In this document: positions 22,770 through 36,652 of the stretch, one piece after another | How the letters are laid out: each line of letters opens with the position of its first letter | Position numbering within the stretch: position 1 is the first letter of the stretch | Assembly (NCBI GenBank): GCA_010093815.1 | Contig: ML996582.1 | Direction: 5' to 3' (one strand) | Source of the DNA: Pseudovirgaria hyperparasitica | Taxonomy: Eukaryota | Length of the DNA: 64,000 nucleotides | Translations under genes and position numbers: made by a program | Notes under the pieces: model-generated | Seen by the model: only the letters and a program-made list of their open reading frames with translations | Database searches by the model: none | Told to the model about the DNA's origin: nothing

Positions 22770-25521
22770 ATGGATGATCTCTCAGGCCTCAATTGGAGCT
22801 CCGGCTCTAATGGCCAACCCAGCAATATCAAGGCGAACTTTCCGACCATGAACCGGCCCATGAATATGGCACTCAGCCCTGCGAACTCCGGCCGCTCGAC
22901 CCCACTATCGTCGCAGAACAGCGGCGCATTCTCATCTCTTCCTGCCCAGAAGCCAAAGATTGGATCGAAACCGTCTACACCTGCCAACGATAGCTTCGCG
23001 AGCTTGGTGACCTCAGCTTCTTCTCCAAAACCACCAGCAGCCCTATCGTTACAAGAGCGACAGCGGCAACTGTTAGAAGAGAAGGCAAGACAAGCAGGTT
23101 TGAACCATACAAACCAAGACGCGCACTTCTGGGATAATCTGGGCCAGACAGACAAAGGCAAGGCTCCTTCGTCTTTTCCTGTACCGTCAATAAACAGAGT
23201 GCACTCACCCCTACAACAAACGGTTTCAACTCCCCAAAGCGAGTCGGAGCAGGATATTCTTGCTGCTTTCAGTTCTGACGCGAAAGTGGACTCATCGAGC
23301 CACTTCCCCCCTCCTGCGCAAGACCACACGCCTTTCGAGAATGACGACGACGACGATCCTTTTGGTCTTGGTTCCCTGCCACAAAACAAAGTCCAGCCTG
23401 TCGCCGCGAACCCGACGCATCCCGAGCAGGACGATGATATATTGGGAATGCTGGGAAAGCCAGTATCTGAACTTCCTAGAAATGCAAACGAAAAAACTAA
23501 ACCTGCCCATGTAACTCGTGAGCTATCTCCTAATGAAAACGTATCATCACCACGGGACAAAGCAGTTGCCGAAATAGTCGACATGGGCTTTCCAGCTGAT
23601 AGAGCTGCCCGTGCGCTTGCGCAGACTCAGTCCGGAACAAATGTACAACAAGCCGTGAGCATTTTGTTGAATCAGGCCCATCAAGAAGCGACAGAAAGAT
23701 CTCAAGGCAGCGGTCGGTCGCGTCCAGACAGTAGAGATCGTTCTGATCGGAGAGCCTCCCCTGCTTGGGCTCAAGAAAACACCAGTCGTCCATCATCAAG
23801 GCCGGCGAGGGGTGACAACAGGACTTCGACTGCGGAGAAGGATGTAGCTCAGTACGCGCAAGATATTGGGAGTTCGTTGTTCAAGTCGGCAAATTCATTG
23901 TGGAAGACAAGCCAAAAGAAGGTGCAAAGAGCTGTGGCAGACTTTAATCAAGATGGAGACCCAAGCCAGCCAAAATGGATGCGGGATGCAATGAAAGCTC
24001 AAGCGCAAGCAGCACAGCATGAGGAAGAGCGGAGTACTTCACGGCAACGTAATGGCGGAGGGTCAGATAGAAACGATATTTTGCAGACGGATACTAGAGT
24101 CACCAACGAAGCCATGGCCCTAGAGGCCAGCCACGGTCCTCCAAGGCGGAACAAAGCTCCAGAGAGAGGCCCTAGTCCCATGGATGCAAGCCTCAGAGGA
24201 CGGCTATCCGAGCTGCCTTCTCGAGAAGCACCAGCATGGGCGTCTGATAATGTGAGAAGACCGGAACCCGAGAAAAGACCTATAGCAAAATTGAGTCGCC
24301 AGGACGTGGAAGATCAGTCCGCGCAAGCATACGTAAGCCCAGCGCGGCGAAAGAAGGCAGGTCCTCCGCCTGCTGAACCCCAAAAGGTCTCGAGTAGCGA
24401 AAGCAGGGCTGCGGTGTCGACCCCTCTGAACTCGAATAACCCTTTCGCTCAAAGACCCAATTCCCAAAATCCTACCTCGGCGCCGCGTAACTCAGCGCCA
24501 ATCGAAGTACGTCCCAAAGTACCTACACGTAATATCCCGAATGTTTCTCCTACAGCTTTGTCCACATCAGCTGCGCACCGGCAGAAAGGTACCGAGCAAT
24601 TCAAACGCGGAGATTACTCCGCTGCACACTCTTCATACTCCTCGGCTCTAACTCAAATCCCATCGACACATCCTATCATCATAGTCATTCTATCGAACCG
24701 GGCACTTACATCACTCAAGAATGGCGATCCAAAATCTGCTGTAGCGGACGCCGATGGTGTCCTCATGATCATTGGTCCGTCCAAGGGTCACGGTGAGAAA
24801 ATCTCCATGGGCGGCACAGAACCGGACAAAGACATGAGGGATTTCTTTGGTAAGGCCCTTATGCGGAAAGCAGAGGCATTAGAGAACATGGAGAAGTGGC
24901 ACGACGCATTGAAGGTCTGGCGGGAGGCTGTAGAAGCTGGTGTTGGAGGTTCCGTGTCAATGCAGGGGAGAAATCGTTGCGAGAAGGCTATTGCGCCCAA
25001 GCCTGCCACGAAATCAGCAGCACCGAAGACAAAACCAAGACCAGCACCATTTACTTCGGCGATGGCAGACTTTGGTGGCGCTTTATCGGATGGCTCGGAG
25101 GCAGCGTCTGTCAAAAGACTCCGAGAAGCGAATGCTGCTGCGGATAAAGCTGATGACGAGAAGTTCAGGCTGTCTGATCAGGTAGATGCCAGGTTGATGG
25201 CATGGAAGGGAACGAAAGCCGATAACCTGCGTGCGCTACTTGGCAGCTTGGATAACGTTTTATGGCCCGAGGCAGGCTGGAAAAAGGTTGGAATGAACGA
25301 GTTGGTTATGCCTAATAAGGTGAAGATTGTCTACATGAAAGCTATCGCAAAGGTCCACCCAGACAAGGTAAGTGTTGTTTGGTTTTTACTCGTGGGATTT
25401 CTCTGACCTCATTTTACAGGTATCCCAAACAGCAACAACCGAGCAGAAGATGATTAGCGCGTCTGTCTTCAGCACATTGAATGAGGCATGGGATAAGTTC
25501 AAGACAGACAATAATCTTTAG
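22770..25521 (+). CDS. SWA2: Auxilin-like clathrin-uncoating co-chaperone (UBA + TPR + C-terminal J domain), ~899 aa
   Basis: UBA (IVDMGFPADRAARAL), DPF/NPF motifs, TPR region and J domain with VHPDK. Intron 25368-25419 gives the last exon ending ...LNEAWDKFKTDNNL*. Confidence 0.88.
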
Positions 25522-25921
25522 ATTGGTGCATGAGTTCATTCAATTAGCGATATGATGAGCATTTAGGTAGATACGCTGCATGGCAAAAGTAAGATAGTGC
25601 GAATAATCCGAACCCATGCAGATATGCATCATAGACGGACTATGACTGTCTTTTCCCATCTATCCGTAAAACCTCTTGCTGAACGAGAGGTAGTGGAACC
25701 TCGTGCAGCTCGCCACGTTGTGCAGACTAGACGTTCCTGAAAGATCGGCGTTTACCCCAGATTCTGTGCACGGACATCTATGCAGAGCCGTTGCGTCATG
25801 TGAAATTCCGAGTTTTCGCATCCACTATCTATGACTCCAATACGCGACTCACATATTGCATTGACTTCTACAACCTCGATAATCGCGTTCAATCTCAGCT
25901 GCTGTGTTTGCTCCGAACGCC

Positions 25922-27034
25922 ATGTACCCTCCCTCGGCAGGTCTCAACCTCGATGTCGAGGCTGTTAGCGGGATATGCGGCTCAATATCAATCGCCTGTT
26001 GGGTCGTTGTATTCTCTCCTCAGATCATTGAGAACTTTCGACGAAGCTCCGCAGATGGCTTATCCGTGGTCTTCATCGTAGTCTGGCTGGCCGGCGACAT
26101 CTTCAACATTCTTGGTGCAGTCTTGCAAGGCGTTCTGCCTACCATGGTATGTCAGATTCCACTACATAAGCACGTAGCCGATGCTAATTGACGCTCCCAG
26201 ATCATCCTGGCCATCTACTACACCCTCGCAGACATTGTCCTCCTCCTCCAATGCTTCTTCTACAAGGGCTTCACCCTCAAAGACAAAGTCATAAAGCCCG
26301 TCTGTCCCAGCGACCCTGAGCCAGCCACCGCAACCGAATCCTCCTCCCTCCTCCCTCCCCTCAACGGCAACGGCTCACCCAACGGCCACTCAATATCAGA
26401 CTACGCCCGCCGCTCCTCATCCACCTCCTTCACCGACCGCCTTCTCGCCACAACAACAGACCCAACCCACCTGTCCCCAGCAAACCCACACGTCGACCGC
26501 ACCCGCACCCGCTCGCCCTCCGCCCTGCCCTCGCGCCGCTCCTCAGTCTCCAAATCAATCCTCCTCAACACCCTCGCCATCCTCCTCGTAGTCTGCGCCG
26601 GCGTGCTCGGCTGGTGGCTCTCGAACCGCCACCGGCGCTACCCCGACGCGCCCGCGCATCCGGAGCCCCTACGCTTCAACCCGCTCGGCCAGGCCCTCGG
26701 GTACGTATGCGCCGTGCTCTATCTCGCCTCGCGCGTGCCGCAGTTGCTGCTCAACTACCGCCGCAAGAGCACCGAGGGCATCAGTCTCCTGTTCTTCCTG
26801 TTTGCATGTCTTGGCAATCTGACGTATGTGTTGAGTATCTTTGCGTATGCGCCCGTGTGTGAGCGGGCCGGGGTCGGGCGGTGTGTCGAGGGCGAGCAGG
26901 CGCGTCTGTATTGGCGGTATATTGCGATTAATGCGAGTTGGATAATCGGGAGTTTGGGCACGTTGGGGCTGGATGCTGGGGTTTTCGTGCAGTATTTCAT
27001 GTATCGGCCCGACGAGGATAGGGGGCGGAGGTGA
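25922..27034 (+). CDS. PQ-loop repeat vacuolar amino-acid transporter (Ypq1/PQLC2-like), ~352 aa
   Basis: Two PQ loops (FSPQIIENFRRSSADGLS; SRVPQLLLNYRRKSTEGIS). Intron 26147-26200 restores the frame. Confidence 0.92.
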
Positions 27035-27375
27035 AGAGGCATCATGTACTTGTGTGAATTTTGACTCATGTAAGGTGTCATGGTGGATCATACAATGCAT
27101 GGAATGGTTTATAAAAAGTACATTCTTCGATTTTTTTTATTGGGCGGGTATTATGTACTATGCGTCCGACTGACTCATGTGGAAGCATACAACATCCCTG
27201 TCGAGATGTCTTTTTGTGTTACATCCAATCGCCACTCTGTCCTACTTGTGAGCTATCATGCACCCCTTAAAACCTCATATGTTGACTACCACGGGTATTC
27301 CCCCACCATCCTACAATCTTAGAATCCTAGCTAGTACCTTGTACCTAGATTTTGCCACAAGTTGAACATCCTCGT

Positions 27376-28881
27376 TCAATCTGAAATATCTTCATGAGTA
27401 ACGTCCCTTGACCCTGTCGAATTGACTAGTGACCTCGCCGGGCGGAACATCTGCATTTGATTATCCTCGGCAGCAGCGCAGATCAGCCATGGTTGGTTCT
27501 TGTTGAAATTAAAGTCTGTAATGCGGTTTGTAAAGCCTCCGTGCATGAAGAGTCTAGGACCATATTAGTAAGCAGAACCTTGAAGAAATCTTGCTTTAAG
27601 ACTTACAGCTCTGGTGGACCGTCTTCAGCCTCATCAGGTGTTTGCTCTTCACCGATCTTGCTGATGTCCCAGAACAGAAGACGGCGGTCGTAGCCCGAAC
27701 TGGCAATGACTGCGTCGTTATCTGGATGCCATTCAAGGCCGACAACGTCATCCTGATGGGCCTGAAGTAGGTGTAATTTGTTCTTGGTGTTGCGCAGATC
27801 CCACATGGCAATGGTCTTGTCAGCCGAGCCAGTTGCGAAAATCGTCTCGAAGTGCGGATGCCATGCCACACAATTTACTGCTTCATCATGGGCTTTCTTT
27901 GTCGTGATTACCTTGCCAGAATTGGCGTCCACGATTGAGAAGTTCAAGTCATCAGATACAGTTGCCAACCAATTGCGTTGAACCGGGTGATACTGCACGT
28001 CGTTGACTGTGGACGCATGATGGGTGAAGGTTTGCAGAGGTTTGATGGTTTTAGCTCCTCCCTCAAAGCCGGCCTTGACATCCCACGTCTTGACCGTTCC
28101 ATCGTGTCCGCCGGTAGCAAGTGTATATTCAGCAGACGGGTTCCAGCTCAGTCCGTAGCCCTCGGATGTATGTCCCTCGAGCTTGAGTTCTGCTTGAATC
28201 GTCTCATCGTTCTTCGGGTAGGAACTATGTTTCGTCCTGTCGAATACAAGAATGTCGCCATCCACGGTGAAAGACGCAATGATGTTAGGGTTCGTGGGTT
28301 CGTAGCGTGCTTTGTTCACTTCGCCGGGGTGGTTGATCTTCTGGATGACTTGGAACGTAAACGGTCTCTTTGCATTGCCATGGCCGCCTATTTCGCCTCG
28401 AGATTCGTCGAACTCGGATGTATCAGGTTCGACAAGGTCAGGAATTTCCACATTTGCGATCTGCAGGTGATTTTGGGCTTGGTCAGAGGTATGAGTGCCA
28501 AATAGCAGTCGGTGCTGGCTCATATTCGTCCCTTCAACCCTGTTCCAGATCAGATGGTTGCTAAGCGCATAGCGGTTCCCAAAACCTACCTCTTGACATC
28601 TGGTAACCACTGTATCGATAGGCTTGGCCATTCAAGTGCTCGACTGCAAATTGTCAGTTTCTGAACCTATAGTAGTCCGTTGACCTCGCACCTGAACATC
28701 ATGTCGTAGAGGAAGACCGAATTCTTCTTCCATATTTTGTATTCCTCATTGATGCGCCTTTGCTCTAGAGTTTCCACGTCCTCGTTCGCTTGCCGAGCGT
28801 TTGTCCGGTCTATGATGTAACTTGTCAGCCCATGAAGTTCTGGCTAAGGACATTGAGATATATACCGCCGGGCGATGCCAT
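27376..28881 (-). CDS. HAT2: Histone-binding WD40 protein (HAT-B subunit Hat2 / RBBP4-Msi1 family), ~432 aa
   Basis: Five exons (introns 28865-28810, 28691-28644, 28589-28540, 27606-27554). Motifs INEEYKIWKKN, ALEWPSLSIQWLP, HPGEVNKARY and EDGPPELLFMHGG. Confidence 0.9.
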
Positions 28882-29612
28882 TGTTGCTAGATGGGTATCG
28901 AGGGTAGAGCGTATGACAGTGACTTGCTACTTGAGAAAATCATGCGACTATGCGCAAGACAGCAGCGGTGCAGAACGAATTGCGCCAAGTAACGTTGAAG
29001 GTGGAGTGAGAGCAATTGACGGAAGCCACCCTGCCAACAAGCGACGCGAGGCGGGCTCGGACGCGAGCGTGAAACAGCTGCAGGGCTCGGCGATCTTGGA
29101 GTGTGGGTGGGGCAGGGCAGCTCGGGCTAGACGGTGCTTTTATAATTACGTTGCGGCTCTGCACATATAAAACTGATTCTACTCCTTTTTCCCTGAGTAT
29201 GAAACTTTGTCTATCATAGATAACCGAATTTCAATCTTATGGCTAGAGTACTACACTCTAAAGCCACTTTATGCCCAACAGCAATGCCAAGGGTCTCTGA
29301 CCTCAGGCGCCACTTTTATGGTGGGGAGTTCGGGTGCGGCGAAACTTTTGTGCGGCCAGACATGGACCCTCCGGTCAGACTAACGATCATAGACAACGGC
29401 CTGAATAACAGTCACAAACCTTCCACGTTACCACACGCTCACCAACGAACCCTCGTTTCCTCTCGCGCTTAGGCGCATACCTACCTCGAGTCCACCTCCA
29501 TTCCTATACCCTAGCGACTCGGCTGCGTCTCGTTCTACTCTCACCTACTTTTATCTTGGAACAACGTCGTCGCCGTATATTTTTGAGGCACAATCGACGC
29601 TATTAGATCGCA

Positions 29613-32600
29613 ATGGGTGTACCAAAGTTTTTTCGATGGATGTCGGAGAGATATCCGGCGATCTCACAGCTCATAGCTGAGAATCGCATACCAGAGTTTG
29701 ACTGTTTATACGTACGTCTTGCGATTGAAGAGGGACCCATATATGAAAGCGATCTAACGAAATATAGCTTGACATGAATGGTATCATCCATAACTGTACT
29801 CACAAAGACTCCGATTCCCCTACTTTTAGAATGACGGAAGACAAGATGTTCATAGCCATTTTCAACTATATCGAACATTTGTTCGGGAAGATCAAACCGA
29901 AACAGCTCTTCTTCATGGCCATCGATGGCGTCGCGCCACGCGCAAAGATGAACCAGCAACGCGCCCGAAGATTCCGAACCGCCCTAGAGGTAGAGAAGGC
30001 CCGTGAGAAGGCCATTCAGGAAGGCGTGGAAATGCCTAGTGAAGATGCTTTCGATAGCAATTGCATCACTCCTGGCACAGAGTTCATGGCAAAGCTTACA
30101 CAGCAACTCAAGTACTTCATTGCGAAGAAAGTGTCTGAGGATGTTGATTGGCGCGGTGTAGAAATAGTGCTGTCTGGACACGAGGTTCCTGGAGAAGGGG
30201 AACATAAGATCATGGAGTACATACGGCAGGCGAAATCCCAACCCGCATACGACCCCAATCGTAGGCATTGTCTTTATGGTTTGGACGCCGATTTGATCAT
30301 GTTGGGTCTTCTCAGTCATGACCCTCATTTCTGCTTACTACGCGAGGAGGTCACCTTCGGACGCCAGTCAAAAGTCAAGTCGAAGGAGTTGGAACACCAA
30401 AACTTTTTCTTGATGCACCTATGCATGGTGCGCGAATATCTGGAACTGGAATTCCAGGAGCTCGGAGAGCCTGGCGCTTTGAGCTTTCCATTCGATATGG
30501 AGCGGGTCATTGATGATTTCATTCTTATGGCATTCTTTGTTGGAAACGACTTTCTGCCAAATCTTCCGCATCTTCACATAAACGAGGGTGCTCTAGCGCT
30601 AATGTTTGGGGTTTACAAGACAGTCTTACCCAAGGCTGGTGGGTACATCAACGAAGGTGGCGTCATTCACCTAGAGAGGTTGCGAATCTTATTAGACGAA
30701 TTGTCCCATGTTGAGTACAGATTTTTTGAGTCCGAGAACTCGGATGCCCAGTGGCTCAGAGGCAAACAGGGCAAGGAAGATGTGATGGATCGAACGAAGA
30801 GAAGAGGTCAACTAGTGATATCTACGCCCCAAAAGAAGATCTATGAGGCCGTCAAAGACTACTTGATGAATAACGACTCAAAATCTCTATCACCCCCGTT
30901 GGATCTCGCGACATCTCTTCCTGCGAGAGATCGCAAATTTGTGGAAGAGCTTGCAGAGAGCCTGAATCTCCAATGGAAAACGGTTGAAAATACCGAAGGT
31001 GAACGCCATCTACAGTTATCATATCCTCCAAGACTTGTTTCCGAAGATCTCGACGATGACGATGATGATGAAATTGATGATGAAGAAGCGCAGTACGCCC
31101 TCGCCCGGGTTCTCAAGCGCTATGATAAAGCTAAGATAGAGGACCTCACCGGTGATGAAGCACAACAGGTCATGCAAAAGCAGTATGAGCAAAAGTTTGA
31201 CAAATGGAAAGACGCGCACTATCAGTCGAAGTTTGGGTGGAGTCGTGACAACAAGGAAGAGCTGAGGAAGCTCACGGAAAATTACGTCCAGGGTCTCCAA
31301 TGGGTCCTATATTACTATTACCGTGGTGTCGCCTCATGGCCCTGGTTCTATGGCTTCCACTACGCGCCTATGATTTCTGATGTTAAGGAAGGTCTTGATG
31401 CTGATATGAACTTCAAGCTTGGACAGCCTTTCAGACCGTACCAGCAACTTATGGGGGTCTTGCCGGACAGAAGTAAGAAGATCGTGCCGGAAGTTTACCA
31501 TGATTTGATGACCTCGAAAGAGTCACCAATCATTGATTTCTACCCGCGAGACTTTGAGCTCGATATGGACGGAAAGAAGATGGAGTGGGAGGCTGTAGTG
31601 AAGATTCCATTCATTGACGAGACTCGCCTGCTCAGTGCTATGGGCACCAAAGACCATTTGCTGACTGATGCCGAACGCAGTCGGAATGAATTTGGAGTCT
31701 CGCTTAAGTTCACATACGACGCAGATCTGGATTACGTGTATCCTTCCTCTCTCCCTGGAGTATTCCCGGACCTACTACATTGCCGTTGTGTAGAAAATAT
31801 TTTTGAGTTACCTACCATGGATGGCCTTGAAGTCTATGTTGGACTGATGGACAACGTAAAACTTGGTGCTGCAGCTTTAGCTGGGTTTCCAAGTCTGAAA
31901 GTACTTGATTTTAACGGCCAGCTAGGTTTCCATGGAGTGACCGTATTTCAACAAGAGAGTCGGAACGAAAGTCAGGTTGTTACTTTGTTAGGAACCGATG
32001 CCGCGGCAAATGTGAAGATTGCACAAGCCCGGCTAGGTAAGGCAGTGCATGTTGGCTACCCCTTCCTTCAAGAAGGGAAAGTCGTCAAAGTCTCGGATGA
32101 GTTATTCGATTACACTTTGTCTGAAGATGGTCTTGCACAAGTTGTACAGACACCACACGCCCAACACGATATTTCGAATTGGAAAAAGAAGGCTGATCGC
32201 ATTGAGAGTGTTTACAGCAAGCGTTTTGGTGTGATTATAGGATCTGTCGAGTCTCTTGTTCACGTTGACATGCTGAGAGGGCTCAGGAAAACCGAGACAG
32301 GTGCGACCGTCAAGGAGTACGGTGAAGTCCTCGGTGTTGAAACAGACTATGCAACACAAACAATTGTCGACGAGGTCATAAGTGTTGATCAACGCTTCGT
32401 TGAGAGAAAAGCCTTACCTATCGCAGAAGAATACCCAGAAGGTTCAAAAGCATTTTTCTTGGGCGAGCTTGCCTATGGTAAACCTCTCCAAGTCATTGGG
32501 CATGAAAACGAACGGGCTAGCATTTGGGTCCTTGTACCCGGAACACGCGAGCCTGAATTCGGTCGAGATGTGGTATCTCGGGTTGAGCGAACGGTACCCT

Positions 32601-33877
32601 ATACCCCTTCATTTGCCGTAGCCAGATCATTGCACTTGAGCCCTCTTGTGTTGAGCAGACTCACTTCAGCGCTTTCCGTTGAATCTGGTGGTGTACGGTT
32701 GAATCTGGGCTTAAACCTCAAATTCGAAGCAAAGAAGCTCAAAGTATTGGGCTATTCACGGCGCAGCGAACATGGCTGGGAATTCAGCAATAAAGCCATC
32801 GAGTTGATCCAGCAATATATGATCAAGTTCCCAGAATTTATTGCTGGTCTGATGGCGAAGCCGAAGGGAGATGTTTACAAAGATACAGACTTCTACCCAG
32901 AAGGAGAAGCTTTCAAAAAGATGAAAGAGATCGGGACCTGGCTGAAAGAACAGAATGCCAAGGGCTTCGAAAAGGTGCCCTTAGACGCACAACAGCTGGA
33001 CTCGGATGCAGTCAAGCTCATTGAGCAGGCGGCGGACGGCATCATTCCAGCTTTGCCACAGCCGGTTCCGAAGAAATTGACTGCTGTACCAAGGAGTGCT
33101 CTCATCAAGCCCTCCGATGCCGAGGCTCAACTGGGGGTTCAACATTTCACTTTGGGTGATCGAGTTGTCTATCTCTTAGAGACAGGCAGAGTTCCCATAG
33201 GACAGCGTGGTACTGTCATAGGCATTACGAAAGTCGCTCGTATCGACTACCTCGACGTTGTATTTGATACTACTTTCATGAGTGGAACAACTCTCGACCA
33301 GCGATGCTCTCCATTCAGAGGAGCTACGGTGCCTGCAAATGGGGTTCTCAACCTCACTGATAAGCAATTCGTTCTAGGAACTCAAGCTGGATCAGCTCGC
33401 AAACCTCAACCACCGGCCCAGCCTCAGGGTTATGGCATGCCATTGGGTCCAGGAGGTCGTGGACAGCTCAGGCCTGCGCCCGCGCCTCCAGCAATTACTG
33501 ACTATCGCAGCGGCGTAGTCGGTCATGCGAATGGTCATGTTACAAATGGTTCAGCCCGTGGAGGAGGCCCCGCCGGGCGTGGCCAGACTGGGCAAATTCA
33601 AACCGAGCTACCATTCCGTGGACCTCCACAGAACCGCGGTGGGAACCAGGGGCGGGCTCGAGGTGGTCGTGGACGGGCCGGCAATCGCGGTGGATACAGG
33701 GTGGTCGATATGGACAACGTCACGGAAGGTGTGGTGACGAACAATCCGAACTTCCAACCCCGAGCGTACAATAAGGTTCCACCACCTAACAGCTTGAATG
33801 CGCCTGGTGGTCGTGGCCGTGGCAGGGGTGGACACAGAGGGAGAGGAGCGCCCAGAGGAAGACCTGCTGCCCAATAG
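29613..33877 (+). CDS. XRN1: 5'-3' exoribonuclease 1, ~1402 aa
   Basis: MGVPKFFRW start, intron 29712-29767, then LDMNGIIH, DGVAPRAKMNQQR, PGEGEHKIM and YGLDADLIML. The long Xrn1-type C-terminal region has an RGG-rich tail. Confidence 0.97.
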
Positions 33878-34196
33878 TAATATGGACACAATATATGAAA
33901 GCTAATACCATCAGGTTTGCCTGCGTAGCAGCCAGTTCAGGCAACTGCATACCAGTCGCGATCGGAACACCAATGTCTTTAGTGTTCTGCTCGCATCGAA
34001 ACGTAGTTTATTCAAAGATGAGATGCTATTATACACGTAAAATATTGTAGACAGACTCCAGAGCTCTGATGCCGCCCTTAATCGAGGACCCTGTTCCGTA
34101 ACGCCGTCTATGCTTGATGCCCTCTCCAGATACATCTGTCTTGATGTACTGAACCGTATATACAAGACACTATGTCCTTTCACCGCATTCATTCAA

Positions 34197-34854
34197 TCAA
34201 TCAATCGGTCTACTCGTTTCTGCGTCTGGTCCACGCATGTAAGCATCAATCGCCGCACTGAATGCAGCAAAGCCAGCGCAGCCCAGCGCCGTAGCTTGGG
34301 GACCCGCCTTCATAGCCAGTGCACCGCCCGTCAGACATCCAGCACTTATGCCGTTCCATAGATCGTTTTTCGCGCGAACTTTCTCGATGGCGCACTCGGT
34401 GCCGGAGTAAATGCCACCAATCATCCCAAAATTCTTGGCCGACGACCACGATGCTCTACCCATCTCTTTTGCGCCCTGCCTCAGCTGTTGTCGGAGTGGT
34501 AGCTCTGCCATAGCCGCGGATTGTGGGGACGACATTGGAGTATCGTATCGCATCTAGGTTGTGAAAGTTAGCAGCTTCCTCTCGGGGATCAAAGGCAAGC
34601 GTGGTAGACGCACAGAAGACATGAACAGGCCGAACGCTCCACCGAGACCGAAACCCATCACACCTGACAAGACGGCCTTGAATGGGCACGATTCCATCCC
34701 AGCCGTCATCTAGGGAGTATTAGCCATATGATCCCACGCATCGTCTTTGAAATGTTGGGGCATCGCGAACATATTTTATCATCATCTGTTCCTGGTCTGA
34801 TACACCTTGATTTGATTGCTGCCCTCCAGGCATGCCCATCCCAGGAAAGGCCAT
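34197..34854 (-). CDS. TIM22: Mitochondrial inner-membrane translocase subunit Tim22, ~178 aa
   Basis: Three exons (introns 34770-34710, 34613-34554). Motifs MESCPFK, SSAKNFG, ECAIEKVRAKND and GCAGFAAFSAAID. Confidence 0.93.
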
Positions 34855-35272
34855 GGCGACGTGTGAGTAATACAGGTTGAAGTTGCAGAGGTAGAACGGT
34901 GTTTCGAGACTTTTCGGCGCTTGTTGTTGCCCTATCACCGAAGGATCGCCGAGATAAGCTTGTCGGCGCATGAGTCATGCACATACATCTACCACCGTTC
35001 GTTTCGTTTCTCCTCTTCGCACTCACGCAAGTATTTACCAACATACAAGTCAGATACCGCAATACGATATTGTAACAGTCCATTGATGTTCCAGCCACAG
35101 TCGACTCTCTGCCACCATGATTTTAACGCAATTTAGCGTGATCGTGGCGCTAGCACAGCCCTCCAGGCAACAATGATAGGATCAATTTAGCAATATGACT
35201 GCCTCTCACGGACCTACGAGTATAAGAAGGTACAGACAGACTCGGCTTGACTTGGGATAATATTGCGCTTCA

Positions 35273-36652
35273 ATGGCTTCCACAATTTGTTGCGATTCTG
35301 TTGAAATCGCCGGTTGTCCAGATGTCGCCGACGATAGCGCCCGCCGCCGCAAAGAGAGACAGATGCATCTCATAGATCATACAGTCCCCGCCGAGGGCAC
35401 GTATATAAAATCAGTGGCTAGCGCGACGAAACCTCCGGTATACACGATCGATCTCTCCCTCCCTCCGTCTGAAAGATATATGCAACTTGCGACAGATTAT
35501 AAACAGAAGATTCAAGGTCTTCCTGCACTTTTCGAGGATCTTGTCGCTGCGACACCTGTTCCTCTACTCTTGGTGACTTGGTTGTCACGGCTAGTCCTAC
35601 GCAGACTGCATAGCAAAGAGCAGACAGAAGAGATACGAGGGATTTCAAAAATAACCGGCGTGGATATGTATCTTTGAGTAGCGTTCAACACTCTACTTGA
35701 TCTCTTTATGGGATGTACAAGTGGTGGCATGAGAGTCTGGGACGAAGGAAGTGGAGGCCAGTCCGATGTCAAGCATACGAAGATGCTACACTTCAGAACT
35801 TTGGACTGGGGTATGGATGCTTTGCGCGAAGTCATCGTCCAGCTCGAGTTTGTGGAACGGCCCGGTGGTCAAGTAGTAGCTAGAAGTATCACATATGTCG
35901 GGTTTGTTGGTGTTATAACAGGCATTCGGTGAGCTTGAGATACAGTTCAGTACTTGTTGCAGTCTCTAATGATGTCTAGAAAATCTCTAAGTGTATCTCT
36001 AAACTTCCGCCCATATCACGACGACAAGACTCTAAAGGCCAACATTAGCTTCTACACTAATCAAGTTTTGGTTCTGCTCGGTCTGCGGCCGTCTATTGCA
36101 TCACGACTACGAACCTACATCGTACCGGAGAAGCTTCACATCGAATCTTCTGGAGAAAGGACCGTTCCTACGCAAGCGACGCTGTCCGAGATCAGAGACG
36201 AACTTCCGAATGCCCCAACAACTGCTGCGTACATCATAATGTGCTCAGGTTCTGATACGACTGTGATGGAAAAAGATCACCGCAACGCTCAAGTATATAC
36301 GTCGACGTCGTTCATAACTGCGACCAATCATGATGCGACGGATGAGTCAAATAAGTCCATACCTGTATTGAAAAACACCAAACTAAATGTGGCCCCAGGG
36401 CTGCAAGATCTAATCGATGATTCACGAGATCGTAAAGCTTGTATTACTGATAAATGGAGAAAGGCTCTAAAGTCTTGCCGACGAAGGAACAGGACGGCCA
36501 CAGAAGATAACTTCGCTGTAGATATGGGCCAACTTATTCGATGGGTCCAGACTTATCCCACTACGAACGACTCGACTCACTTCGCGTGCGTCATGGACCC
36601 AAGCGAAGGTGATATCGTGTGGGTGAAGCAGTTCGAGGCAAGCCTTGAGTAG
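35273..36652 (+). pseudogene. NAAA/acid-ceramidase-like Ntn-hydrolase interrupted by an in-frame TGA at 35675-35677
   Basis: Motifs IDLSLPPSERY, MYL*VAFNTLLDLFMGCTSGG, HFRTLDWGM, YVGFVGVITG|RKSLSVSLNFR (intron 35929-35979) and ATNHD. The reading frame is the same on both sides of the stop. Confidence 0.75.

Noticed and set aside
22727..23584. 285-aa antisense ORF, and similar antisense ORFs over the XRN1, CysRS, TRM61 and 49.5-50.9 kb genes
   Set aside because: Shadow ORFs opposite well-supported genes.
35675..35677. Selenocysteine recoding of the TGA
   Set aside because: The stop falls in a hydrophobic helix, not at the catalytic Cys; I identified no SECIS, and Dikarya are not known to have Sec machinery.
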